Positions 42,150 to 55,840 are shown, numbered from the stretch's first letter. The stretch: DNA of 64,000 bases from the human T2T-CHM13v2.0 reference genome, Homo sapiens (GCF_009914755.1 NC_060927.1), one strand, 5' to 3'. Notes: generated by a model from the letters alone, not told the origin. Translations and numbers: made by a program.

Positions 42150-42450
42150 CATCCTGCTTTGAATGTTTTTTTCCCCAAAGATTGGTTCCCTCTTTTAAGT
42201 TTCAAAAGTCACCTTATCAAAGGACATTTTTTACTTCATCCACCTGTCTCATTTTTATTTTTTTGCTCTGCTTTATTTTTCTTCATAACACATCCCTACT
42301 CACATCATATTTATTTGTATATTGTTTGTTCCTCCTCCTGAAACATAAACCACATCAGATAAGTTACTTTATCTGTTTTTCTCTGTTGTATACCACTGCC
42401 TAAAACAGTACGTAAAACATACAGTGTCTGCTCAATAAATATTAGTCAAA
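42150..42450 (+). mobile_element. L2 3' fragment
   Basis: TCTGTTTTTCTCTGTTGTATACCACTGCCTAAAACAGTAC...CTCAATAAATATT. Confidence 0.6.
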
Positions 42451-43788
42451 CTAATGAAGATGAATTGGCCTCAGGAAACATGAATAAGTGAAACCTGGAA
42501 CCCTCATAGACTTCCCTTGCAGCTTTTCTGTTCCTGCTGTCTGTTACCGTATTTTCAATCAAACCAAAGAGGTTGTAATGTCTGTCATAATTTTAGATCT
42601 TTTCATTAATATCTCTGCCTCCATCTAGGGGATAAACTCAAGGAAGAAATGGACATAGCTGTTGAGAAGAGATGGGGATTTTCTCATAAGCCATGCTACT
42701 TTTTTGACCTTAGAACCCACCACGATGAATCTCTGAGTCGGTCTCATCTCCCAGATCCTCAACTCAACTTTTCTCAGACTGTACTTAAGCACTTTTGTCA
42801 AAGTTGGAGTAGAGAAGGTAGGGTGATAAGAAAGAGCTCCTTTTGCTCTTTTCCACATGGATTGTCTCCCTTTTGATGGCCTCACAAGTCCCCAGATTTT
42901 CCTTTTGACATTGTTTCATACAGTATTTAAATCTATTTGTATACATGAAACTTATTTTAATGCCTGTCTTTCTGAATCCCTGACTCCATCCCTATGTCTC
43001 TGGTATGTTTCTATCTGTGATTATCGACTCCATATTAAAAATGGGACTGCTTGCACTTATTGCAGTACATGTGTCAAACTGATCCCTCAAAACTTCCTGA
43101 CAAAAAATAGACCATTCTAGTTCTTCACTACCTGTTTCTTGATAGACAGATCAAAAAAGTCCCTCCATCCTAAGGGTTTCTCTCTCATGGCAAAACCTTT
43201 GGTGAGAGACACACATCAATGTCTGTCAATGAAACCACTGGAATATTGTCCCAATGTGAATATATTTCCAATTCAATCTATTCTATTGTCCACAGTAGGC
43301 AACCAGAATTCCCAAGGAACTGTAGAAGGGGTGCCTTTTTTTTTAAGGGATAAGAAGTATATAGACTTGAATATCAGGCACAATTGTGACAGTGAGAAAG
43401 TCATGTAATTACTTGGAAATAAGAGGCTAAAGTTTCAGGGTTAAACCAAAATTGGGAATGAGACAGCCATGTTGGAGGGGGTCCCCAGAGAAACTCCAAC
43501 CAGCCTACCCACTGAGGTGGAGCCTTGGGAAGTTCATGACATTTGTAGCAGGGAGGAGCCTGGCCCCTCCTCTTCCTGTGTGGAATCTGGCATTCAAGCT
43601 ACAGGCTGGAAGCACTGTAGCAGGGACGCTGGCCTAGTGAGAGTCCCTGTTTCCCCCTTTTCTTCATTTTCACCCAATAAAATCCTGTCTCACTCACCAT
43701 TCAAATTGTCTGCAAGCCTGAGTTTTCATGGCTGTGGGACAAAGAACTCTGCCCTTAGCTGAACTAAGGAAAAGTCCTGCAACATTTT

Positions 43789-43806
43789 TGGCACCCAACA
43801 TGGGGC
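43789..43806 (+). other. Primer binding site complementary to tRNA-Lys(CUU)
   Basis: TGGCACCCAACATGGGGC versus TGGCGCCCAACGTGGGGC; both differences are CpG>CpA decay. Confidence 0.85.
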
Positions 43807-46800
43807 TCAAGAAGCAGTGAGTGAAATGAGGACTCAGAACCTCTCACCTTCTGAGGACTTCTGAGGGTTGGGAATACATACCCCCAAACCCTGTGGCTCC
43901 CTGGGGTTGGGGGAAAGGCCCTTTCCTTCCTTTTTCAGGACAGGGGAGCAGGGGCTCCTTGCTCCCCCTCCCCTCCATGCTGGGGCTGGGACACATGGCT
44001 CAAGAGTCTCACACAGCCGGGTGGCTGGTTCCCATCCAGAAGCCACTGCAGCCTTTCCCTTCCCCACCCAAGGGGTTCAGCTCCATCAGGCAGTAATTAA
44101 ACTTTTCTCTCTGGTGGAAGAACCACTTGCCTAAGAATAAGAGGATCTCCCCCAGGCATTTGAAAACTTTCTCTTTTTTCCTCTTCTCCACCCTGTCAGC
44201 AAGTTAACTTTTATAGTTTTTTGTTTTTCCTTTTAGAAGATGTTTTACTAGGCCAGCCCTGCACCTCCCCCCAATCCACCCACCAACTATGACTGTATTC
44301 TTTGCAAAGTTGTGGTTGTGAAATCAAGCCTCCATCTTGTTTTACATCTGGGGGGTGTGGCCAGTTACTGCCTGGCAAGGATTTGTTTAGCAACCCTACC
44401 TTAGGGGATGCCCCTCTCAGGTTAAGTAATCTACATGTTTTCCTAGCCCTGTCTCTTAAAAGGCCCTACCCAGCAACTGGGTTTTCTTCTGCCTGTCTGT
44501 GTGTACTATATGTGATGTCTGTAAAAATAACTCTAATTAATCTGGCCTAAAGAAAAGTGCTTGGATCTAACATTTTTTAAAGCTAAAAGCTGTGGTACCT
44601 TTCATTTCACATGACTTTAAGAAATAAAAACAGCCCTAAAGACTATTCGTAAAATGCAGGTCAGATGCAAAGTTTGCTAATTGTTTTGAGGTTACAAACT
44701 GCTTTTTGGGTTTTGAGAGCTATTTTACTTGTCAGCTACATCATTGGTAGGGTCTGGGGACATATGGAACTAACCACACCCTTAATTATGCTGGAGTCAA
44801 ATCTTGGCTGCACTTATCACACAATTAAGGCAACTTACCAAGTTTTACCAAATTGCTAGAAGTTAATTGAAACTACTAGAAATAGATTTACATGCAAGGT
44901 GTGTAAGAACAGTAAAATGTGTTTTTTTAGTAAAAGGTTATAAGAAGGCATGGAAATGTAAACTTTTGCCTAGAGTTAAATGATTGTTTTGAGTTAAATT
45001 AGGAAAAAGCTAAAGGTTCAAAGAAGTGGTGGAAGAATTGTGGAAATTAATCTTGCAGAAGAAGGTCTCTATGTAAATATTTTTGCTAAATTCAAAAGGG
45101 TATTAAATGTTTTTTTCTGTAAATCGAGCATTGAAATAAAAACACAACAAGAAATTCTTAAAATGCTAATCTCTTTGGCAAAATTTATAAAGGTTTATAA
45201 AAGGTTTTTGGTTCTTTAAAATTTCTGAGTCATCATTTTGGCAAAATAAATAACTTACAGTAATCAGGAATTCTATTTCATAATATCAAATGTTTTAAAC
45301 CTTGAACATTTAACAGCCTTCCCAAAATCAAACTTCAGTTTTAAAATTGTCTTCCTCGACACCTGGGTTTGTGGAAAGTCCAGAGGGCCCCTGGAATGTC
45401 CAGAGAAAAAGAGGTAAACAGAATTATTTAACATATTTAGGTACATGGGATTGACAAAATGATCTTCTTTAGGTTAAGTTATATCTTGGTGAAGAATGCC
45501 AATATATGTTCCAAAATTGTATGGAGTTTCTAAAATTCTAATATCTGAGTATAGCTATCAATCATAATTAAGGTTTTTTGTTAAGTTATTGTAAATCACA
45601 GAGCTAATCAAACTTCTCTGTCAATCATGTTTCTAACTGTAACTACCCTGGATATTTTGCTATTCAAAAATTGTTGTTTTATTTTAATCCTTTTCAAAAG
45701 ATGGTTTATAATAAGCTATAGAACTGTAACAGGTGCTCTCAAATACAGGTTTCTGATAACTTTGGAGACTGTGAAATTGGAATAAAGAAAAATATATAGG
45801 ACTCATAAAGAGCTGAAATATTAATGAATACAAGCAAAACAAAAACTAAATGGACTAAACTTAGAAACTGAAGCAATCCTTTTAACCTTGTTTGGAATAT
45901 TGCTGATCCTTGTTTTGTTTTTCAGAGTAAAGGAAACTTATTTTGAACTATTTTCAGACTTTAATAATTAAGTAAGCTATACACTCCTGTGATTAAAATT
46001 TAGAACATGTTTGTTTCTCTCTGCCTGGTTCCTCTAGAATTTGGAGAATATCTGTGAGTATTCTTAACTTATGGCAATGTAGTTGTTTGCATCAATGCAA
46101 TAAAAATCCATTTTTCTTTTGCAAAAGGACACAATTGGAAAAATGGTTATTTTACCAAGGCTTTGACTGGAAGGGTATGTTTCCCTTTAAGGAGTAAAGC
46201 TTGACTTACAGAGCTGATAAAAGACCCGTGGGAGACTGGCCTCATACCCTCATCTACACAGTCCCTGTACAGGGTTCTTGACTTGTTGTCAGTAAGAATG
46301 TCACTTTCTAACAGGTCCAGGAGCTCCAAGTTTATTGTGGGACCTTAAGAGGAAAGGGTTACCCAACTCACAGCTGTTTGAGGATAAAAACTCATGGTTG
46401 GGCTTGGCTTTAAAAGGTCTTATCTGAGATTCCTTGTGGAACAAACTTCCATCAAAGCCAATCCAGAAGGCCTATATAGAAATAATTATTCTTAATACAC
46501 TTTATGCAAATAATCAGGCCAAGCATAAAACTAAAGTCTATTTTGCAAAGAGCTCAGTCCTATTATACATTGTTTTTTTAACAAAAATGAGGACTGAAAA
46601 GAGAGAAATTATGTACCAAAACTTGCATATATTTTAATTAAATTCTAAACTCACTACTTGTTTTTAAGTTTATGCCTACATTTTAAACTTACCCTGCTTG
46701 TTCCTATGAAACTACCAGCAATCTCTGGCTGCAGCTCAGAAAGAACAAGAGGGATAGGTAATGTAGAAATCCAGGTCAATATTCTATTTCTGAGCAATTA

Positions 46801-47531
46801 TCCTGCAAATCCTGCCAGGTGATGGGAATAAATAGGATGCTCATCACTTGGAGATTTCCTTTTGGGAAAGTAAAACCAAGGGAGCTAACCAAAACCAAGC
46901 ACCAGGCACCCAAATCCCAGCAAGCATAACTATAGCCGCCAGGTATCTGAGTGTGTCACAAGACATCCTTTCCTTTCCTTTGTTGGAGTAGGACTCAGTT
47001 CCACAGTTTCAACTTAGCATTTGGCTTATGATAAAGGGTCCATGCAACCCCCTGCCCCCCACCCTGAGACACATTTTTGTCCCAGACTCAATTTCAAGCT
47101 TCAGGTCAAAGCCGTAGGAAAGAAAACTGGATATAAGGGATCCAGAGGCAGATGACAACAGAAGTTAAAAGGCACAGCACAGAGAAGCATAGCGGATTCC
47201 TACTGATTAAAACAACCCCAAGCTTTCTGTTTCATAGATAAAAGCCATGTTAGTATCCGTGGCATAAATGAGGTCTAGGGAACTCCGAGGCTACTGACAG
47301 TAGGTGGAAAAGAGACCTAGGTGAGAACAGATAATTCCTATTCTCTAGGCACCCTGCTTCATGGGTTCAAGCCGCTTTGGCACTCATGGCAGGACCTGCC
47401 AGTGTCACCAGAAATGGGGGATGCAAGGACGGAAGAGGGAAAAGAAGATACTCTTCCCTCTCTCCCTCATGTACCTTGGGTATCTGCTAGGAAGAGAAGC
47501 AAACTGGGGACATCTGATCCCCTCTTGCTAG

Positions 47532-47721
47532 ATGGGTAGCCATTCATCTTCAGTCTGTATCCCTTTAAAGTGCATCCGGAACCCCTGGGACTTCTTTGAA
47601 AAAAATAAACACCTTCTTTTTTCCTCTCTCCTCCTAGGTTCTGTCTTCACTGATAGGTAATTGTGTATCTGTACTATGAGACACTCCCCTCAGATGCATC
47701 CTCCAAACTGGAAAGAGTTAA
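47532..47721 (+). pseudogene. Two tandem gag matrix N-terminus relics
   Basis: MGSHSSSVCIPLKCIRNPWDFF (from 47532) and (I)GNCVSVL*DTPLRCILQ/NWKE (from 47653) resemble class I ERV Gag starts of the MGN...TPLxCILxNW type. Confidence 0.65.
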
Positions 47722-47930
47722 TTTCTCAAAACTTAAACTGGTTGGCTTAGGACTGGGCTCAGGGGAAGGGAACCCAGAAGCCCAACATGCCAGCAAAAGG
47801 GTACAAGTTTTTTTTAACCAGTCAGGTTTTTGGCTTCCCTCTCCCTATGCAAACTGGTAAAAGGCCTCATAATTTTTGAGCTGTCCTTATGTCCCCTTTG
47901 TTTTGTTTTGATACATGTTTTCTAATAATC

Positions 47931-47990
47931 TGGTTTGTCTGTTCTTGCCTTCAGGCCATCAAACTCCAAACAGTCATGCAACCAGAGCCT
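47931..47990 (+). pseudogene. env TM cytoplasmic-tail relic
   Basis: WFVCSCLQAIKLQTVMQPEP resembles the HERV-W/ERV9-type Env tail (FVSSRIEAVKLQM..EP) and lies just before the PPT and 3' LTR. Confidence 0.65.
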
Positions 47991-49795
47991 CTGACAATGG
48001 TCCCTTCTGCTGGGAACCTGTTGGTAGGCCTCTGGGGAAGCTCTGACTGTGGTTTCCCCAAAACAGTGCCCTCTGTCGGCAGGAAGCAGTTAAGATAGGT
48101 CTTCATCCTTACCCTTATTCGAAGGGCAGTTAGATGTACTTCTGTGCAGGCGGGAAAGAGACAGCCAGGTGGGAGGGTGTCCCTGGAGAAACTCCAACCA
48201 GCCTTCCCACTGAGGTGGAGCCTCGGGAAGTTAATGACATTTGCAGCAGGGAGGAGCCTGGTTTCTCCTCTTCCTGGGTGGAACCCGGGATCCAAGCTTT
48301 GGGCGGGAAGCACTCTAGCAGGAACACTGGCCTAGCGAGAGTCCCTGTTTTTCCCCTTTCTTCCTTTCCACCCAATAAAACTCTGTCTCACTCACCACCC
48401 AAATTGTCTGCGAGCCTGAATTTTCGTGATGGAACAAAGAACCCCACCTTTAGCTGAATTAAGGGAAAGTCCTGTAACAGGAACACATTATGTATATGCT
48501 TTCTTAGTATCCTAAAGGTATTCTGTAGAGCAGGACAACACAGTTGGGACTCTGTTTTTCTTTGTTTTTAAATAAATACTTAAGCAACCTAGTTTTGTTT
48601 GGTCCTCAGAGTAACTCTACTAAATCTATTACCATTAAGTAAAATGGTTTTATTTGCTGAACTATGATTATCTAAGCTTGGTGCTATCAATTGAATTTGC
48701 TGAGGAAAAATTCACCAAATACATTTTACTCCATTATATTAACTTTTATTCCCCCTGGCCACCTGTTTCATAAGCCTGGACATATTTTCCTTTTCTTTAC
48801 TTAAGACATGTATCAAATCTACATCTATTTAAGTGAATTTGAATTATGAAGTTTGTTAGATCAAAGATACATTACTTTGTTTTGATAGCATTTTAATGTT
48901 ATATGAAAAAGGAGGAGAGTAGCATTGATTTTTGTTTTTCCTAATTCTTTTATGGGCAAATGCTTATGAGATGAAAAGGGCCTCTCATCAAAACCCATGA
49001 CTATTTCACTTCAGAAAGAAACACAGTCATCTCCAGGTTACCAAAGGTCAGCAAAATCTACTCCAAAAATGCAAGTTACATGGTAAGCTAACAATGAAAA
49101 AGCCACAGCAACAAGGGTGGTGAGTTAGGGGGAGGGTGACAACAGAAACAGTATCAATGAACACAACTTCAATGGACGTGGAATTGACATTTTCTGGACT
49201 GCTAACCCTCACCCTCTTCCTCCACACCAGGAGCCCTGCAAATAGGATGCTGGGATCCACCTAGAATTTAATAAATATATCTATAAATTAATCTATTCTA
49301 TTTATTGTCTACCTTGCTCCCAAGAAGAATGAGAGTGTTCAACATTTTTTTTTTAATTAGAGGAAATTAGAAGGAAGAACAAATGAGGGTAGAAAAAAAT
49401 GAAATCGGGGTGAGGTTAGTACATGAAATGCACACAATAAGATCTGTTGAATTTGATATAGATGTACCCCAATATTGTTTTCAAACCTCTCTAGAAGCCA
49501 AAGAAAAATGGGAAACACAATACATTATGCGATTCAATTGTCCACAAGATAAAGTCCAACTAGTTACTCAGTACTTTTCTGGGTACTGAGTGCTGAGAAA
49601 AATGTTTCCCATAAGACTTTGTGTAAAGTTACATATAATGTTCTCTCATAAGCAGAACTCATAAGTAAAGATAAAAAGTTTAAAAGGTTGTTTCTTATAA
49701 TATGCTAATGATATGACGAATCATTGGAAGGAAATCTACTCATCACAAATAGGTGTCTCTTCTAGCCATTTTCACACAATGAGAGCGGAATGTAC

Positions 49796-50890
<1,095 letters not shown>

Positions 50891-51461
50891 GTACTAGATA
50901 GTATATTCTTTTCCCACAGAGCTCTTGGAAATATTAAACAGCTCTACTTCAGAGAACACCCCTTGAGAAGTTTTAGAAATGTAGATATTCCCATGCTGCT
51001 TGTTATATTTGAACACCTGTATTTTAACATAGAGTCACACTGCAGTCAAGTTTAACAACCAGTTTTTACTGGTGAGGGTGCTGATGATGAAACATTTATT
51101 ATATATGCATAACTTTTTGGTATAGCACTTTATTTAAACTTGTAAAACCAATGGGATTTGTTAAAAGTGACTTAATTATATACTAAAAATAAATAATTGA
51201 CTGATTTTACTGGATAGTTAAATCAAACCTCACCCATGATTATAAACATATCAGATAATGTGAGTTTACCTTTGTATACTAAACCTGCTTCACAAGGAGA
51301 GTTTGTAAATGTCATCTAGCCATGATTAACTAGGTCAGTATGTCATTCCTGCTCTTGAAAAGCAGTCATGTACTCTCCTTTTCTATTGAATCTGTATATG
51401 TGTCTCCACAGGATTGAGAATCCATTGTATTTACTCGATATTCAGTTACAATATTACCAGG

Positions 51462-53790
51462 TCAACTAGTCCCTTTTCACATTGCTAAAGAAAGGAGGTT
51501 TAATTGAATCACAGTTCCACAAGGCTGGGGAGGGCTCAGGAAACCTACAATCACGGTGGAAGGCAAAGGGGAAGCAGGCACATATTCGCATGGCCAGCAG
51601 GAGAGAGAGAGAGCAAATTGGGAAGTGCTACACACTTTCAAACAACCAGATCTCATGACAGCTCACTCACTATCAGGAGAACAGCAAGGGAAAATCCACC
51701 CCCATGATCCAGTCACTTCCCACTAGGTCACTTCCTTGACACACGGGAATTGCAATTCAAGATGGGATTTGGGTGGGGACACAGAGCCAAATCATATCAT
51801 TCTGCTGTTGGTCCATCCCAAATCTCATGTCCTTCTCACATTTCAAAACACAATCATGCTTTCCCAACAGCCCACCAAAGTCTTAACTCATTCCTGCATT
51901 AATCCAAAAGTCTTTTGTTCCCAAAAGTCTCATCTGAGATAACACAAGTTCCTTCTGCCTATTAGCCTGTAAAATCAAAAGCAAGTTAGTTACTTCCAAG
52001 ATACAATGAGGGTACAGGCATTGGTTAAATGCTCCCATTCCAAATGAGATAAATGGGCCAAAACAAAGGGGCTACATGCCCCATGCAAGTCTGGAACTCA
52101 ACAGGGCAGTCATTAAATTTTAAAGCTTGAAAATAATCTTGTTTGACTCCATGTCTCACATCCAGGCCATGCTGATGCAAAAGCTGGGATCCTAAGGCCT
52201 TTGGCAGCTCCCCCACTATGGCTCTGAAGGGTACCACCCCTGTGGCTGCTTTCATGAACTGGTATTGAGTGTCTCTGTCTTTTCCAGCTGCATGCTGCAA
52301 GCTGTTGGTGGATTTACCATTCTGGGGTCTGGAGGACAATAGCCTTCTTCTCACAGCTCCAATAGGCAGTGCCCCAGTAAGGACTCTGTGTGGGGGCTCC
52401 AATCCCACATTTTCCCTCTTTATTGCCCTAGTAAAAGTTCACCATGAGGTCTCTGCCCCTGCAACAGACTTCTGCCTGGCCACCTAGGTGTTTCCCTACA
52501 TCTTCTGAAATCTAGGTGGAGGTTCCTAAACCTTTGCCTTCTGTGCACCCCCAGGCCCAACACCACATGGAAGCCACCAAAGCATGGGGCTTGAACCCTC
52601 TGATGCAGTGGCCCAAGCTTTACCTTGGCCCCTTTAGCCATGACTGAAGCTGGAATGCTGAGACACAGGTTGCTGTGGCCCAAGGCTGCACAGAGCAGCT
52701 GGGCCCACAGCCTGGCCCATAAAACCATTTTTCCCTCGTAGTCCTCTGGGCATGTGATGGGAAGAGCTGCCTCGAAGAGCTCTGAAATGCCCTGGAGACA
52801 TTTTTCCCATTGTGTTGGCTATTAACATTTGGCTCCTTGTTACTTATGCACATTTCTGCAGGTGGCTTGGGCTTAAATTCCTCCCCCCCAAAATAGTTTC
52901 TTTTTTCTATACATGGTCAGGCTGCAAGTTTTCCAAACGTTTACACTCTGCTTCCCTTTTAAACATAAGTTCCAATTTTAGACCATCTCTGTGAACACAT
53001 AGGACTGTACGTTTTCAGAAAAAGCCCGGTCACATCTCTAATGCCTTACTGCTTAGAAATGTCTTCGACCAGATACCTTAAATCATCTCTCTCAAGTGCA
53101 AATTTCCACAGATCTCTAGGGTGGGGGCAAAATGCCACCAGTCTCTTTGCTAAAGTATAGCAAGAGTGAACTTTGCTCCAGTTCCCAATAAGCTCCTCAT
53201 CTCCATTTGAGACCACCTCAGCCTGGATTTCATTGTCCATATCACTATCAGCATTTGATCAAAAACATTCAGCAAGTCTACAGGAAGTTCCAAACTTTCC
53301 CACATCTTCCTGTCTTCTTCTGAGCCCTCTAAACTGTTCCAACCTCTGCCTGTTTCCCAGTTCCAAAGTTGCTTCCACATTTTCAGGTATCTTTATAGCA
53401 ATGTCCCACTTCTCTACATACCAACTTTCTGTGTTAGTCCATTTTCACACTGCTATAAAGAACTACCTGAGATTGGATAATTTATAAAGAAAAGAGATTT
53501 AATTGACTCACAGCTCTGCATTGCTTGGGAGTCCTCAGGAAACTTATAATCATGGTAGAAGGCAAAGGGGAAGCAAGACGTGTCTTACATAGCAGCAGGA
53601 GAGAGAGCGAGGTGCGAGACTGCCAAACACTTTTAGACCATCAGATCTCATGAGAACTCACTATCACGAGAACAGCATGAAGGAAAACACCCCCATGATT
53701 CAGTCACCTCCTACTAGGTCCCTCTCTCAACATGTCGGGATTACAATTTGAGATGAGATTTGGGTGGGGACACAGAGCCAAACCATATCA
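51462..53790 (-). mobile_element. Complete MSTA/THE1D-like MaLR element: LTR 51462-51799, internal 51800-53429, LTR 53430-53790
   Basis: Two LTRs ending GGGACACAGAGCCAAA(T/C)CATATCA; internal ORF relics homologous to the THE1 interior at 8.7-10.2 kb; TSD CCAGG/ACAGG. Confidence 0.93.
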
Positions 53791-54559
53791 ACAGGGTCCT
53801 GTAGTTTTGGGGGTGACTCAAGATAAACTACCTGTGTACTTTTGTTCTCTTGCTCTTCTCCTTTTACAGTCTATCTCTTCTGCAGTTGCACATTCTGGAC
53901 AGTATGATACATTTCTAATGAGCCTGTTTCCTCCTTTTGAGTTTCTCTGTCTGTGCCTTTGGTCTCTGTAATACTGTCATTACTTTCCTTGCCCTTCTGG
54001 TGCCTCCTGTTCTGGTACTAGTGCCTCTCTCTGTGGCTACGTTCCCCCAAGAAACAAGCAGCAAGGTATTGTTCCCACTCAGTGATCTGACCCTTTCCAT
54101 ACTGTTCTCCACCTTCCCTATTCAGACCTTTTCCATGTTTGAATTGCAGGGGATTCTCAATCATGGATAATTCAGTGTTCATAGAAAAAGCCTATGAATT
54201 CTTAGTGAGAGCCACCAAATCTCTTCCTGGGAGTTGGGAATCCAAACAACTCTCTACACATGATACTTTCATTTTCCATTCATTTGAAGTGCTCAGGTCA
54301 CAGCTATGAGATAAAATCAAAGTGGCTCTCTGTCCCTAGGGCTGTGCAGACATCAGACAAACTTTGATACTTGACATCAACTTGATGTGTGTTATACATG
54401 CATCTTAATACTTTCAAAGAGTGAATGCTCAAAAACACACGGGAATAGGGAAGATGCTTTATATAAATTCCTCTCAAGGTAGCAGATTTTTCACCCGCCA
54501 GCCTGGCAAATAAATTAACATCAGTAATAGTAGAGTCAGGAAAAACATTCCCACATCTG

Positions 54560-54575
54560 AGGTTACCTGAGGTCA
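54560..54575 (+). promoter_or_regulatory. DR4 nuclear-receptor element (LXR/TR type), motif only
   Basis: AGGTTA-CCTG-AGGTCA in apparently non-repeat sequence. Confidence 0.35.
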
Positions 54576-55329
54576 ACTTTATTTTCCCCAAATAACCATG
54601 ACAACAAATATACGTATTTCCAAAGCTTCTCTCTCCATCAGTACTGGCATACCTGTTTTCATTTTAAGATGAAGACAGCCTTCGAAGTAAACAAGTCTTT
54701 TAAACAACCTGAGAAAACAAGTGAATTAATATGACACTTTCTCAAACATATAGGAAAATATTTTTCTATTTTTACTATTATCATTAATCACATATATTTG
54801 TCATCCACTACACAGAATATCCTACTACTATGTGCTGTCAGAGAGGGAAAAAAATTGGACCACTCTCTCCCATTATTTCAATTCTGAGCAAAGTTTTCAT
54901 AAGGAATGTCACTCCTTGAGAGCCAGACAGGCACGTTTGCTTAGTGCCTTCACATGCTCAGATCACATGGGTACTAATTAGTTTATTGAAAGGAGAGTAA
55001 TTCTATGGATGGAGCTATCTTCCCTCAAATAATTAATTGCAGCTCCCAAAAGTGTCTGGCACCCCAAGGAGCAGCTCACCTCCTTGGAAAAGCTATATCG
55101 TATAATCAGGATAAAACCTTATAAAACAATTTAGAGGGATATGGTAATATCATCCCATCAAAAAGCTGAAACCTGCACAAAGAGACAATTCAACCCATTA
55201 TTTTCTTTTGTAAACAACATCCAAAATTCGTAGCTGAGGTAAAGGATGAAATTTTTTTTTAAAGTGATTATTATGAACAACAACTAACACACATGGTATA
55301 TTTTCTTGTAATTGCTTTACAAATAGTAA

Positions 55330-55515
55330 CCTCATTCTTACAAATTCCCATTAGGTTGGTGCATCATTATTTTCTCCATTTTACAGATTAGGAAAGCAAG
55401 GCAGAGGTTAAGTAAATTATCTACATAATCATCGAAGAATACACTATTAATGAATGGCAATGTTAAATTTGAACTTGGCTGGATTCTGAATCTGTGCTCT
55501 TGACCACTACCATAT
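55330..55515. mobile_element. MIR SINE
   Basis: TCTCCATTTTACAGATTAGGAAAGCAAGGCAGAGGTTAAGTAA...TGCTCTTGACCACTAC. Confidence 0.7.
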
Positions 55516-55639
55516 AATACTAACTTCAAAACAGAAAATCAGAAATACCTACTAGATATAACCTGCACCTGATTCTGAACATAACATTGTGTTACTAATG
55601 TCTTTTGATCTTTACAGAATTAGGAAGTATCAGTGATTA

Positions 55640-55840
55640 GTAGTAATAATAGTTCAGTTTATTGAGTGCCTACTAGAGTTGAGTATTTCGTATACATCAT
55701 GTATTACTCCAATTATAATTTTTCAAAGTGGTCAGGTGATCTACCCATGTACACATAAAGAACTTTAGAAAAGTTGAAACACTTGCTTAAGGTTTCATAG
55801 TCACTGTATTTACAGCCAGGTGGCTCTGAATTCAAATATT
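55640..55840. mobile_element. MIR SINE
   Basis: TTTATTGAGTGCCTACTA...ACTTGCTTAAGGTTTCATAG. Confidence 0.5.

Larger units (their letters stand above)
43459..48479 (+). mobile_element. Two-LTR non-autonomous ERV1 provirus (MER61 LTRs with MER61/HUERS-P3-like interior)
   Basis: LTRs at 43459-43784 and 48157-48479 (GAGACAGCC...GTCCTG(C/T)AACA, with AATAAA); 4-bp TSD GGAA (43455-43458, 48480-48483); PBS after the 5' LTR; purine tract before the 3' LTR; no intact gag/pol/env. Confidence 0.93.

Noticed and set aside
43459-43784. p53 response element expected in some MER61 LTRs
   Set aside because: No paired RRRCWWGYYY half-sites could be identified in either LTR.
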